Shown here: positions 39,750 to 55,277 of the stretch, one piece after another
Layout of the letters: every line of letters starts with the position of its first letter
Numbering within the stretch: position 1 is the first letter of the stretch
Assembly (NCBI GenBank): GCA_023515725.1
Contig: JALDTO010000098.1
Coordinates: 90,615 to 154,614, forward strand
Length of the DNA: 64,000 nucleotides
Reading direction: 5' to 3'
Source: Amoeboaphelidium protococcarum X5
Lineage: Eukaryota > Fungi > Aphelidiomycota
Notes under the pieces: generated by a model
What the model was told of the DNA's origin: nothing
Database searches by the model: none
What the model saw: only the letters and a program-made list of their open reading frames with translations
Program-made: the position numbers and the translations under genes

Positions 39750-41495
39750 TCATATTAGAGGTATAGGAGACGCGGTGCATAGAGGAGATAAAGCGGATAG
39801 CCATCGCATTAGCTATTGCCGATCCAAACATTGAAACTGATATCTTCTAGCTATCGGATTGGTAAGCTATTAATTAATGAGAATGATATTAAACTAGAGT
39901 GCGTAATTATCACCTACAACAGCAGATTATTATGCGGGTTCCAGTAGACAACAACTAAGTGGAATCGATCCTAATAGTTTCAACCTACTCTCATCAAAGT
40001 AATACAGAGAATCACCAAAAAGTTTACAGTATCGTTCTCTAAATTTTAAAGTGCTATCATTTCCTTGCTTTAACATTACTCCTTCCGTAGATGGTGGGCT
40101 AGACAAAAATGCAGCATCGATAAGATCCTTTTCCGTCAGAGATGATTTAGCGGTTTCCAGGTCAGATTCGCATCGTATCATGCGCACCGCCACTCCAGAG
40201 TACAGTTCCAATGCACTTACCCAGTCATTAAAGTCACTCTCCAGAGGCGTACTGAAGACGTAGTTCCGACCTGCCGTTCTTATCCTCAGTATACAGGATT
40301 TGACATTAAATTCTGCATGTTGACGCAATTCTCCGTAGACTTGACTACCATGCAAATTGATCCATCCAGCAAGACAGTAATTAGCATTCTTTAAATAGTT
40401 TCCTCCTGAATCACCATCTGGACGCGGTTTAAAATACCACATAACTTGATGATTTATCACACAGAGTCTGGTACTCATTAAACTATTGCCGTGGCCTTTC
40501 TTGTATAGCAGTCCAACAAAATCTCCATAGATTTTGTTAAAATTTTGATCTGGACTATTCAAACAGGAATATTGACGTGATCTTTGATCGATACTACCAA
40601 GTGCGATGTCAAGGTCCAGGTGATCGAATGCTGCATCATTGATGCTATCGTTATCATTGTTCTAGTCACTGGTGTAATTAAACAAGTCTCTTTCGTGAAC
40701 GCAATCAGCCATATCCATAGGCAAAGTATCACTACTACAATCGCCGACATCGCCGCTATCCTTAAAGTCTGTACAAGCATCTATAACTAATTAAGAAGTA
40801 CCAGCCTTAATAGATTCCAACGTTTGTCTCCATTATTCAAATTCAAAGACAGAGTAGGCTTTGAACTTGTAGCATTTTTCGGATGTTCGAATATAAAAAG
40901 AAAGCGATTGGTAAGACTTGAAATTAACCGCCACGCCGTCTTACGAAAGATCGATAGTGCCCAATGGTGCATAATAATCATGCTACGACCCGTAATATGA
41001 TAAACGATGTTCACGTAGAATAACGTAACGCTTCTTCCACTGTAATGATTTAAATCCCTTTTTCATAAGAAAGCCTTCATAATATACCCGTCGGCAGTAA
41101 ACCATATTTGACGCGTCATGTAGAAGAATCTCGGGAAAGTTAGCAGCTAACTAGGAAGCATCCAATACAATATGAAGAAAATGATCAGCATTATCAACGC
41201 GACCATCCATCACCTCCATTGTCAGAGAATCTTGCAATAGATAGTTTCGATCAACATATTATTATCTATGAAATATTTCATTTAATTCGGTCTTACTTTG
41301 ATGGAATAACGCGTCCTAATCACTGATTAAACATGCATCATTTCCAGTATCAGGTGGAGTCACATCTTATCTCAACAAAATATTATACACAAGTTCAATC
41401 AATTATCTCCCTGAAAAGCCTCTTAATCTATCAATCTCTACAAAAGTGCATAAATTCTTTGGTACATATCTCAATTTTACAAGCCGGCTATCCAT
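39750..41495 (-). CDS. Protein with three PH domains; start uncertain
   Basis: EGFLMKKGFKSLQWKKRYVIL; GLLYKKGH; EGVMLKQG..FRERYCKL, each followed by a W-containing helix. Confidence 0.8.
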
Positions 41496-41636
41496 TCTAT
41501 TTAATTGATCCAACTATAGAGAATTGAATAAGAAAAAAAACATCAATACAGATCCTTAGAAAAATCAGCCCCTTGGCAAAGAGACCTTTCCATATTATCA
41601 TTAAAATGAGACTATACTTTATTTTAACATCATTAT

Positions 41637-42731
41637 TCAAACTTTAAAACAACTCTTGCCATTATAACATTCATCAACTTGATACATTTTAATCTTGGGA
41701 ACATAATGAATTGTTAATGCGCTTTAGATTACTGCATAGTTCAAAGTAGACCACGACTCGAACGCCCGTGTCCCTGAAAACATCAATTCATTTAGATGTA
41801 TAGTTGGTATCTGCAGGCGAGATAAACATTAACCCATAGTCAGATCATTCACCCTGTCAAATGGACAAACAGTGTATAACGCCTTGCCTATAAGTTCAGC
41901 TGCTGGTTTGGAAAGAATCATTCCACCTCCACCCGACAGCCATCCCAAGCTGTGATTAATGTTATCATCGTAATGAAAACGCGTCTCACAGTCACCTTTC
42001 CGATACTTGTAACATTACCGAATCAATGGACGTATATCCTCAGTGAGATACTTTGGAAAAACATAACCAAACGCCATCGGTACCTAGCAGTTGTATCTGA
42101 TTAAAAATTGCCCCAAGTTCTTAGTATTCACCCAAGTATCATCGTCAACCAAAATAACCCAGTCTGACCGTGTCCATCTCCTTTTGGCTTTCTAGTATAC
42201 ATGATCATCCTGGTAGCTGCCCACATGATTGGTAGCAAGTCTGCGTAGGAGAGAAAATTACCGATGTTGAGCATCAGCATATCCAGTCTTATTCTCAAGC
42301 TCTTGAAACGTGAGAACGTTGAGCGATGAGTTGGCGCGATCTGAAACAAAGTAGACGGAGTCCATTGTTCTACCAGCCCACGTTTCAGCTACGGCCACCT
42401 GCCTCTCCTCAGCCAGACTACCAGTCATGACAATGTACATCAGCTTTGATTTTGAGATAGTATCCAGTTAGGTAGAATGTGATCCAATCAGACAAGGATA
42501 TTCCAAACTTTCTTACTTTGTCAGATACGAGTCAGGAGACAGTTGATGACTTGGATTACTGCCGTACTTCCAATCTTGAAGACATTTTAAATTACCATTC
42601 CTACTACCACAATTGACAGTGAACACTCTCTTCTTATTGCATACAACATCAGCAAAGAAAATGATAAACACAGTAATGAGAGCAATCAGAGCCCATATCA
42701 TATATCGCACCATTGTTCTCTGTGAACGCAT
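41637..42731 (-). CDS. Fringe-like/GT31 glycosyltransferase, type II membrane
   Basis: N-terminal TM segment, ETWAG, WVILVDDDTWVN, LSGGGGMILS, TIHYV. Confidence 0.88.
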
Positions 42732-42933
42732 TGTTCGATTAATTGTTCGTTTCAGATTGGTGTGAATGGGAATGAAAAAGACGATAGATGGCGTGGATAT
42801 AAAAGTTGAAACGTCACGCGTGTAAGGTGAAACGAGAACTTGAAACGATCGGCTAACCGTCTGCAAATACAAACATTAGATCACATTCTGATAATTTGTC
42901 ACATACTGCTAGTACTGCGCATATCATAAATAA

Positions 42934-44170
<1,237 letters not shown>

Positions 44171-44960
44171 CTTTCTACTTGTTGTAATTTATTATTAAAG
44201 ATAACGTGAATAAAGCTGTTATTCTCGAGTGAACGAACGGACAGGGAAAGAGGAAGGAACTGAGGAAAGTGCGAACGAGTTTCATTTCGTGGCACTACGA
44301 ACGATCGTTGGAAAGTCTGTAAAATTCAATGCTACTCTGGCATTGCTGAAACCAGGAAAATTGTGAAGATATCTTGAGTTAATATATAGACTGTGCAAAA
44401 GGGTTAGAGGCTATTATTACCAATAAAGCTAATGACTCGCAATGTAGAAAACTAATCATTTAACAGTGTGTCCGATATCAAATCAATCGTGCATAAATTT
44501 TGCATATCGACGAATCCTGCAGATAGGTAGTTGATATTCTGAAGTATACCTTCTACTCAGTTATCTAAACTAAAGATGTGCTTGATTGAGAGTACTACAG
44601 TACAATATAAAGATGTCCAAGTGAAACGAAAGAGAAGAGCCCAAGAATAACTATCCTCCGTCGCCTCGCCTCGTCGCTCGATCATCATCATCAACTGAAA
44701 TCAAACACAGAGCAGAGCAGAGCAGAAGAGAGAGAACAACGTTCTGTTTCAGCGTTACTTCTTATCTTTCTCCTCCTCTCCCTCTCCGTTCTAAAACAGT
44801 CACTTAACTCTGTAATTTGGTTATCTCAAGTTTGTGTTCTTTAGTACTCTATCTAATAATTATCTGAATTAAATAATCGTTGGATCTACTCGGTTCTTAA
44901 TCAGTTCTTAATTCTTTATTTACATATCTATCCCAGTGTACCGTACTGATTTCTGCAAAA

Positions 44961-46049
44961 ATGGATACAAGCAGTTCTGACTTTAAAGTTGAAAAGACCA
45001 CGTCGCAAGCCAAGATCACTGGAGTCCATGAGTCTCTGCTCCAAGAATGTGAGAAGGATATCATCTGGTATAGGGACAACTTTTTTGGAAAGTCTCACAC
45101 TAATCTTCTGGCTGCTGAGAGCCCGAATGGTCCTCTTGCTGTATCGATAATAAAGGATGACTAGCATTACAAAGTTTTGGTTAGAAGTACTACTGGCTCT
45201 GACAGACTCATGGTCAAGTCTGACTCTGTACAGGCACCTCTTTTGAGAAAAGTTCTTGGTCTAGGCCCTGCACCAAGAGATATTGTTACTGCTGCTGCAC
45301 CGTCGCTGCCTGTAGATTATTTAAAGGTTTGCAAGGATCCTCTGCTGCCGAATGAATTACTTTCCATGGAAGAGCGTCAGGTGATTAGAAGTTACAAGTT
45401 TGGGCTATTGTACCTGAAAGATGGTCAGAGCACTGAGGAGGAGATGTACAACAATAGCTGGGAGACGGCATCTCCAGCGTTGAAGAACTTTATGAGCTTC
45501 CTCGGTGAGAAGATTGAACTGAAGAACTGGAAAGGATATCGTGCCGGCTTGGATGTTAATGAAAATCAGACTGGTACTCACTCGTACTATACAAAGTGGT
45601 AGGGATACGAAGTGATGTTCCACGTTAGTCTTCTGCTGCCCATGAAGTCATCTGATAAATAGTAGCTGGAGCGAAAGAGACACATTGGTAATGATATTGT
45701 GGTCATTATATTCCAAGATGGATCCGGTGCAGATTAGAGTGGACCACCAAGTGTGCCAGTCAAGATGTCAACCATCACGAGCAAGTAGAATCATGTGTTT
45801 GCCGTTGTCAGACCAAAAGGTGAAGGCTATGCATTTGAGATTGCTAATAAGAGCGGGGTTGTCCCGTACCAGCCTGAGATTCCAGAGCCAGCCTACTTCG
45901 ATAAGAATGCCACCTCTAGAGATTATTTCCTGCACAAGTTGGTGAATGCTGAGCGAGCCAGTTACAAAGCGCCAGGATTTGCGCCAAAGATTTCACGAAC
46001 CAGGTCAGTGCTGTTGTATGATGTTGCAGAGCGATTCCTGCTCAAGTGA
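44961..46049 (+). CDS. Rap GTPase-activating protein domain protein
   Basis: YKFGLLY..GQSTEEEMYNN, YRAGLD, EVMFHVS, ERKRHIGNDIV, KLVNAERA. Confidence 0.92.
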
Positions 46050-46314
46050 TTGTGATACTGTTTGTGTACTTTAGTATGATGCTAAGAAGAAGAAGAAGAG
46101 GATTAGCCAGGACTAGTTTATGAGTTTTGAGAGAGAAAATCTAGCTTTTGTTGAAGAATAAAAATTCTTATATTTTGGTATCAACTTTCCAATTGTATTT
46201 TATTTCCAAGTCTCACTCTATATTACACATGCCCTTTTTCTTAATAACTAAAACCCTCAAGCAAGATTAAGATCGATTAGCTCTTATTCTCATTCACTAT
46301 TGACTACAGTTAAT

Positions 46315-47418
46315 TCACCGCACATTGGGAGGAGGTTAGCACTCTGGTATTTTACCAAATTCAAAAGGTCGCGTCCACACTGCGGGATCAACAGGTTATT
46401 ACGACTTGGACTCTAAAGGGAGATTGTTATAACCTTAAGATATCAAAAGCTGCTAATTAGACACATTTTGCGGTACAGACTGTGCAAATGGACTGCTAGT
46501 TAAAGATTACTATTATGCAGCTTATGGGGGCTAAGCAATTGGACTCTACGACGACGTTAGCATGAGAGGTTACGACGGCTACTACGTAAGAGATTACTAC
46601 AACGGCCCATTACCCCCAAATATACTCTATTGAGGCTACGAAATCTGTGCAAATACACTAGTACCTCCTTGTGGCTACTGAAATGATGTACTTTAAGAAA
46701 AGACGCTCTACTTTTGAAATGACTACTACTATTACTATGATTAGGACGATGACAATGACGCGAATACAGACTGGCCACCAGAAGCCGGCTATACAGCTGT
46801 ACCAGATTAAGCAAAAGCAGACTATGAAGAGAATACAGACTTGGTGGGAGCAATCAGTTGACGTGTATAATCTTCAAATGCTAACGTGACATTACTGAGA
46901 ATCTATTACCGCTTCTACTGTATCGATTGCACCAAGGAATTCACATTGGATATATATTATTATAATGCATTACTACTACTGCTACTCCTCGTTCCCGAAT
47001 AATATTACATTCTAACCTCATCAGGAGATACATCAACACCGGCAATTAAATTACAGGGAGGATACGTGGAGTAATCAGGACCATAACAACTGATAGGCCA
47101 CATATTAGCCCAAGATAACTCCACCTTTATAGTATCTGCAGTAAACGCTAAATTTCCAAGCGATCCACTTCCACTGCCAGCTTTAGTGGTTGTAGAAGTA
47201 GAAGTAGAAGAAGACGCAAATGCAGAGTGCTAGGCAAATACACTCAAAGACTATTGACTACTACTACTGCTCCTCTATAAATTATTATTCACATTGGACG
47301 ACCGACCACCAACAAAAGATGCCTGCTTCATCTCTACAGGATGCCTAAACTTGCATCTATCTCCAAATTTACATTAGCCTTTCAGATAGAAATTACACAC
47401 CGGTCTATTATCAGCCAT
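46315..47418 (-). CDS. NUP42: CCCH zinc finger nucleoporin, Nup42/NLP1/Amo1-like
   Basis: CNFYLKGQCKFGDRCKFRH, WPISCYGP..DVSPDEVR, S/F/Q-rich repeats, C-terminal FEFGKIPECQPPP. Confidence 0.85.
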
Positions 47419-47509
47419 ATCGTCGTAAGTGGATCTGTTGAGTGGATCTACTGTAATAACACGTACTTGAGTTGATCAAAGAAGGACTCAACAGACGAGA
47501 GACGTCCTC

Positions 47510-47510
<1 letters not shown>

Positions 47511-47553
<43 letters not shown>
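47511..47553. repeat. (CT)n microsatellite in a divergent promoter region
   Basis: Direct inspection. Confidence 0.9.
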
Positions 47554-47557
<4 letters not shown>

Positions 47558-47882
47558 TCTCCGCCAAAACTAGGAAACTTATCCGAGAGTAAGACCACGT
47601 GATTGAGGGAAAAGTGCAAGGGAGAGCAACAGCAGAAGAAGAGGTATTACTAGAAATAGAGAGAGAGAGAAAGCGATTGAAGAGCTAAGTTTCGCGCAGT
47701 CTTATCTAGTTGCTAATGCCCATTGTTTGATCATCATCGTCATTCTAAAAACTTGATTTCTCACATTTATTTTTATTTGAGCCATTCGCTTGGTTTTAGA
47801 TTAGCTCTCAATTGTTAGTCTATCGTCCTTTGTGTTGAATTAGAAGGGAAAAGTATTATCGGGCGAGACGATATTAGTAATA

Positions 47883-48914
47883 ATGAGTGCAAGAATCTTG
47901 AATGGTGGACGGCTGGGATGGTTTGGGTAGAGAACGGCGACATTGGACTGGTGTGAAGAGAACTACATGGTGTCTTTTTATATTGCAGAATTTTGGAACA
48001 CGCTGAGTAATATGGCTATCGTAGATTTGGCACTTCTTGGTCTCTACCTCACCTATATCTACCGGTTCTAGATCAGGTATTACTGGGCATACGTCTCTCT
48101 GGTCATTGTCGGCATTGGATCATGGGCGTTTCACATGACTCTGATCTACGAAATGCAACTATTAGATGAACTTCCCATGCTGTACTGCGTCAGTTTCCTC
48201 TTATTCTGCAGCGTGTAGATCGATAGGAAGCCCAGGTACGGCGCATGGTTCCCTATCTGCATCGGGCTGTATGCTCTGGTGGTCACTGTGTCATACCTGT
48301 TTCTTAAATTTCCTGAATTTCATCACACTGCGTATGGTCTATTCACCGTGTTTGTAATGTACGAAGCTGTGCGATTGAGCTGGGTTGAAAAGTACAAGAA
48401 GCACAGGAATCTGTTGTATTTTGGATTGTTTTGTTATATTGCAGCGTTCACTCTGTGGAATATCGATAACTTGGCTTGTGATTATATTCGATCACTTCGG
48501 AATTACATTAATGCTCAGTTGCCCAAGGTGTTAATTAAATAAATTCAGAAATGGACGGGCGTTAATCTGCGCAATGGCCTGGTGGAAATTGTGATTACAA
48601 CTTGTCTATGGCTGAGTACTGGCGTATTGTAATTACACGCTTGGTGGCACATTTTATCCGGTCTTGGATCGTATTGTTCAATGCTGTTCTTATAGTATTG
48701 CTCTGCCACGAATGGTCTGTTTGATCGTCCATCTCCATCCTTAAATATTAGGGCTAATCAAGATGTTTAAATTGTTCAATATGGTGCTGATCAATCGAAA
48801 TAAGCCGCAATCTATGTCTAGTGGAAGCTAAATGTTCTTCCGATATTGTATTGTGTGGAAGTGAATGGTGAGATGGATACGAATGCCTCAGGAAACGGTA
48901 AAAAATAAAAGTGA
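47883..48914 (+). CDS. Alkaline ceramidase (YPC1/YDC1/ACER3 family)
   Basis: [43 protein letters not shown]. Confidence 0.94.
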
Positions 48915-48993
48915 TTCCCTTATTACTATAGTCAATATTCAAAATCGATCATCTCTTTTTAACTTCTCTAATCCACTAGTCATATCAAAAAAA

Positions 48994-51198
48994 TCAAAAT
49001 GGATACATGTCCATCTATCCCTTCTTACGCAATGTATCCCATAAATCACACTTCTCTGCACGTAAATCATTGCTGAATGTCACTTGATTACGAGGGTGTC
49101 CAAAGAAGGCCACTTGACGGTTGGATGGAGTGAATGGTTCCCACTTGGGAAGGGCAGATTTACACTTGTTAGTCTTTTAGTAATCAGACTCAGTACCATT
49201 CCTTTTCAATTCATCATTGAATGCCAGGGACTGAGGAGTGCACTGATTCTAGACATCACCCGAAGCAAATGCGGTAAAGTAATCTGCGTACATGCTACCC
49301 AATGGTTTTCCACTACCCAAATCAACATTATAATTCCAGAAATTAGGTAAATCAAATCCATGCGGTACAGACTCTGACATGACAAACCTACCATCTCCGA
49401 AGATTGGCTAGGCCCAGTCCGGAATCTGAACCCAGTGATACATGTGCATAGATTGGACGTACTTCTCAGAGTTGAGTGCAAAATTTCTTGATGGACATAC
49501 AAACATGAAATCAGTCGCTGCCTGAATGTACTGATATAGAGCATCTTTCTTGGTATACTGTACCGGATACAATTTCAGCAACTTCTTCACCACCTCATAA
49601 TCTGTAAATGTAGCATACATGGTGTTAATATAAGCTCTAGCGTGATGATTCAACTTCAGACCCAGTTCATTGGCCAGTTGATCAGCCACAGAATCAGAGC
49701 CAACGTTAAACGCCCAACTCTTCCAGAAATCCCAACTGGACCACTAGCCTCTTACAAAGTAAAATGTACCACCACGGAATAGACCATACATCTCAGTGAT
49801 ACCGGCGAACAGTGCCACTTCATCCCGGCTGGTACCAATCATAATCTCCATCTTGGATAGGCGTTTTTTCAACTATGGAGATGCCTCAGCCACAAGTTCC
49901 AATGGCCTATTCTTGACATGATGGCCATCATAGGTAGGCATCCATTTGAGTGGTGATCCAAGAGGAGTCTCCAGCCAGCCATCGTTGATTCCGTACGCTC
50001 CCTTGTATATCTGTAGCGGATGTTTCTATCTAAGACAATCCAAATCGTCACACTTCAGACTGTGCATCAGCTTCTTGCCCAACTCAACAGCCATGGTGGT
50101 ATTTCTAGGCTTAAGCGACAATGGTGGGCTCATTGAAATTATGCGCTTTGGAGCAGGTAAAAGTTCCACATCCAAGGCTGCGAGAACGGCATTATAAGCA
50201 CCAGAAGACATTCCAAACACAGTGATATCATCAGCATCACCACCAAAATCACCAACATTATCAGCAGTCCATCTGTAGGCGGCCTTCACATCTTCAATAC
50301 CATTATTACTGATATTGTCCGCATCTGTATGAAGAAATCCAAACGGTCCGACACGATGATTAAAAGTCACAATGATCACATCCTTGTGCTCGTTAATATA
50401 CGCACCATTGTACAATCCAAAACTATTAGCATCAGCAAAACCAGCACTGCCAAATGCATAAGCTCCACCAAATATCCAAAACAGTACCGGTATCTTCTTA
50501 TTCTACTTCCTCAACTGCTTTAATCTAGCAGCTGGAGGAGTGAACACGTTCAAATACAGACAATCCTCACTCAAAAACCACGGCGGAAGACCAAAAATTT
50601 ACAGACATTGCGGACCATACTTGACAGCTTTCAGAGAATCATGACCGTAAGCATCGGACCAGCTACGGGACCATGGCACAGGATCAGAGAAGCGGAGTTC
50701 ATTCTATGGCTTCTCCGCAAATGGAATACCCAGGTATCCAACAGGCCACTTCTGCTTAATCTCAGCCGGCACCTTACTGCCTTGCTTTGCATTCAATCTA
50801 ACTGGAGATACGAAGACACCTTCCACAGGCCCGAATTTGGTGGTAACTACAGCATCAGAACTATTAGCCTTGTAAAATCCAGCAGCGTCATCATAGATCT
50901 CAATATCTTGATCACCTTCAGATAGTAAACCAGCGGTCTCAGTAGGATGCTACCACACTTCGACAAATCGCGATTGCAGCGCCTGATCTATAACCTTGGG
51001 CAAAGCTTCATAACCACTTTAAATTCCAAATAACTAAGAGGTTGTGGATGAAGATCCAATCAGCTAAAGTAAATAATACGCCAAGAGCATCACAATGAAC
51101 ACCGCGATCGCCCAGTTCTAATTCAGTAAACGAGCCTTCACTGGCGCTCTCTTTGAGGAGTACTCGCTCTTCATTATATTACTATTATTATGGTGCAT
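48994..51198 (-). CDS. Type-B carboxylesterase with an N-terminal membrane anchor (alternative ATG at 51174)
   Basis: YLGIPFA, SEDCLYLNVFTP, FGGAY, FGMSSGA nucleophile, GTSRDE, PHGFDL, CDLWD. Confidence 0.9.
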
Positions 51199-51878
51199 AA
51201 TTATCGGCAAATCTAACTAGAGTATAGCTGACAATGAGTCAGAGTGTCCTTATCAATAGATGGAAAAAGTATAAAGCTGCAAAATGATGATGATAAGCCC
51301 CAGTGCTTACGAAATTTTGATTGAATCATCGGACAAACCGTCAAGCCACGCACACTCTTTAAAAGCGCGTGTTTCTTCTAAAATTCAACAATGATCGATC
51401 GATTGCTTTCAATGTACTTTAATTAGATAATGCATGGGATGTTGATTATTAATGTAGCCAGTGTTTTTAATTATCTCGTCAAGAGAGTCAATTCGTCAAA
51501 CCATAAGTAATCATCTATTGATAATTGATAGAATATCGAAACCTTTATTTAGTTTGGTGATTCGATTACGTGCGAGAGGTTAGAGCGCGTTCTAACGTTG
51601 AAACGAATACGTCAACTCACACTTGCTTTCGCGTTCAATATAATCTCCCTTATAAATTCCCAATAGATGGATGTCGCGATGCTTTAAATTTAATTTCGCC
51701 GCCAATTCACATCAGTAATTCTTGCACTTTTCGATTTACTTGGTGATATTTGGACAAACTGTGAAAGAACTTCTTGAGGCTCTTTTCAAATCATTCAGTC
51801 GGAACCGCACTTGTCAGCTTACGCATTATACTGTAGCACCGTAGTTCTCTGATCAGAGATAAGAACTCACGCAAAAGT

Positions 51879-52781
51879 ATGGATTCAATTATACCACCTG
51901 AATTGCTCAAGTAAGTCCTTCTAGAGTACTTGAAAGAAGACATTCCCAGCTTTGACTTTGGAGCTTTCGCTGTTGGTACTGAATAAAAATAAGCGTCATT
52001 ACTTTGTAAAGCTAGCGGAGTGGTGTCTGGGCTCCCAGTGGTTCAGTGTTTATTCACATAGATCTTGAATTGCCAGTTTGAGGCTTTCTACTCCGATGGT
52101 GATTATATAGACGTGGACACTGTGAGCGATGCGTAGAAAGGACATGGAGATAAAGCTGGTCGCATTGTAGTTGCCAAAGTGTGTGGAAGAGCGTGTGATC
52201 TACTCCGTGGTGAACGTGTTGCGCTGAACCTGATGGCACGTACTTCGGGTATATCTACATTGGCACATTCGATTATGAGCCGAGTAAAGGAAGTCCACCC
52301 ACAGTGGAAGGGATGTATCGCCGGGACACGTAAAACCACTCCAGGATTCAGATTGTTTGAGAAGTATGCCTTGCTTGTCGGAGGTGCTGATTGTCATCGA
52401 GTGGATTTGAGTAGCATGGTAATGTTGAAAGATAATCACATATGGAGTTGTGGCTCTATAAGTAAGGCTATTCAGCGAGTGCGACAGGTTTCGGGATTCT
52501 CCTTGAAGGTGGAAGTTGAGTGTCGCAGTTACGATGAAGCCGTGGAAGCTATTCGTGATGGCGCTGATGTGGTGATGCTTGACAATTTCACGCCTGCTGA
52601 TGCAAAGATCGCCGCTGATAAGATCAAGAAGGATCATAAGCACATCATAATTGAGGTGAGTGGTGGCATTACTAAAGATTCTGTGCTGGAATATGTATGC
52701 GACTCGATTGATGTTCTCAGTATGGGCAGTTTAACTCAAGGCGTTCCTCATGTTGACTTTTCAATGAAGATTGATCATTGA
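51879..52781 (+). CDS. BNA6: Quinolinate phosphoribosyltransferase
   Basis: LKEDIPSFD, GERVALN, GTRKTTPGFR, MLKDNH, VMLDNF, EVSGGI. Confidence 0.96.
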
Positions 52782-52877
52782 ATATGAAAGTAAGTATTAG
52801 CACTACTGTAAGCACAATTCCTGCTTTCAAAAAAGGCCAATTTATTACGGTATAAATTTAATTCAACACCAAATTCG

Positions 52878-54560
52878 TCATAATTTTCTATTCTGTTGCT
52901 ACTACTATTCGCGATGAGGTTTATCGTATGAAGTGACAAAAGACGCAATGGCAGCGTCTTCCAGACTTTAAACGGAGCTCTAACGACTTGCCATTTTCTA
53001 TTCTTTTTTGCTGGAATCGCTGTTAATAGCAACTAACTGAGTCTATTCTTAAATGACATTCTATGCATCTAAATTACCATTGGTGTTAGTTTGATCAAAA
53101 ATGGAAAGCAACTGTGCACCAATAGCCTATCCTAACGCGGTATTTCCAATAAATGCAAGCGATCCAGCGCCTAAAATTACATAGTTCCACGCGATAAACT
53201 TGTATAGCAGAGCAAGTATCAAAGCAGATCCCAGAGTCAATTTCAATACCATCATTGTGAACCATTCATCAGACCAATCAATGTATGTATTATAGTAGCG
53301 AAGATGCTCATAAACGTCACTATACATTCCCATAGTGTTCTGAATGAACTACATGTTGTGCTTGTAATCAATGTCATCAGGCTTGAATGAAGATGGCTTC
53401 AAGTTCTTTTTCTTCTTATCCAGAACAACCTGATCAGCTTATAAATGCTTCTTCTGCATCTTCCGTGCGCGGCGCTGTTCCCTAACAAAATAGTTATTCC
53501 ACAGCACTGTCAGCATTATGACATGAGGGATGAACATTATGAGGAAGGGATTCAGGCAGAGAACAGTGAATATCAACCACGCAGCAATAGTCTCACTCTA
53601 ATTCTTCCATAGAAACAGATCTTCAATTTTATCTTGAAAACTGGCCAATGGACCAACTTTCATCGTAAAGCGAAAGTAATTTCTGGGCAACGTGGTGAAT
53701 ACGTTCAGCTTTGGAGATCCACGATGAACCTTGTCCATTTCATTAGCTTTAGATGCGGTACGTAAGATTATAGATTGCAAAAGGCCATTAGATTACTTGC
53801 GACGACGAGCGGCAGAGGGTATAGGATAATTGACAGGTGTGTTGAGTTCATCCGCACTTTTCGTCTCCGTAATAGGAACCAGCGTGGGTGCCGATGACTG
53901 TCTACTTCGCAGTGAACTAGCAACTCTTTTCACCGCCATATTATTATTATTACTATAGTTATAGTGATTACCAGTATTCTTGGTAGAAGCAAAAGTGGAA
54001 GACTGGCCACTTGGCTCAACAGAGTCATAATTATCGCCGTCAATCGATTAATGTTCAACGCTATTGATTTGAGCCACGCTTTGAGGCACGACAACTTCCT
54101 GTTCAGATTAAACAGAAGTGGCGTCGGCAACCGTCTCTAGTAAGGTTTCTTCCTGTTGCAATTCTTGAGCGACTTGAGCCAATTTTAACGCGACATTTTC
54201 CACTTCAGCCTTTTCCATTTAAGGAGGAGTCATCAGACCGAGATTACCACTACTCATATTCAAATCAATCTATTGCGCCATCAGTTCCTCTTCTAAGTTC
54301 ACATCCGACTACTGGATGGCGGCAATAAATTGCCCTTCTTGATCGTGCAGAGAATCATGAGAACAGATGCTTCCATCCAGCGGCTGACACGGCACATTCT
54401 CCAAGCACGCATTAAAGCACTTTTGATGAATGTCTACACCGCAATGAACGCAGTGCATTCCCTGCTTTCTCAGGCCCCAGATGAATTTTCCACACAGATC
54501 GCAGTATCGCGGAGAGTGAAAGGTTACAACACGCAGATCATGAGACGCTAGCTATTCCAT
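52878..54560 (-). CDS. C1 zinc finger plus Pex28/Pex29-like (Pex24p) membrane domain protein
   Basis: HDLRVVTFHSPRYCDLC..QGMHCVHC..HQKC; NYFRFTMKVGPL..FQDKIEDLFLWKN..LCLNP; NMQFIQNTMG. Confidence 0.8.
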
Positions 54561-55277
54561 TTTACTCTCTTCACTCTGCATAATTTATTGCTTGTATTTC
54601 GCTTAAAATGATTTATATCAACTACCGAAAGATCTAAAAAAATCGAGTTAGATAAAAGCAAAGTACTGAAAGAGGAGTTGGAAAACAGGCGGGAAAACAC
54701 GAGTGGGAAAACACGAGCGGTAACTACAAATGGTGAAAATTGTGAATGTTACGGCTGAGATCAATCAATCAAACAGTATTTGAAAAGCGTGCAAAAGCGC
54801 ACCGAAGCTCCTGTACACGCGCCTATTAGTGGCGCCAACAGTACGTCTTAAGTGGTGGAAATGGAATAGGCAATAAGTAATTTCGAATTATAACATCATG
54901 CATTTCCTGGTTAGGTGATGATTCAAGAAAAATGGTGTGCCGAGAATACTATCAAACATCTTTGAATGGGAGTTCAAAAGCGTTAGCGAAATCGACGGCA
55001 TGCAATGATTTACGCAATTACATACAAGATGTGTAGAATTAAAAATCTACCATCTGCAGACATTATTGCGATTTATGTTTAAATAAGAGCTAGCACGGTA
55101 TTATTTTTACGTGTCGCGCTCTTAGTTGTTCGGATAGATCTAGCAACCGACTAAAGTAGGTCCAACTACTAATGCACAGGAAATCGTTGGAAAGAGGATT
55201 CTTCACAGAGAAAAACCAATTAACGCTCGGCTATAAGGTTGATACGGCCACAAATGGCGCGGAAATTTAAACATTGT

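Noticed and set aside
54680-54720. GGGAAAACACGAG tandem repeat containing an E2F-like GCGGGAAA site
   Set aside because: It is a single short site upstream of a gene with no cell-cycle link, too weak to call.
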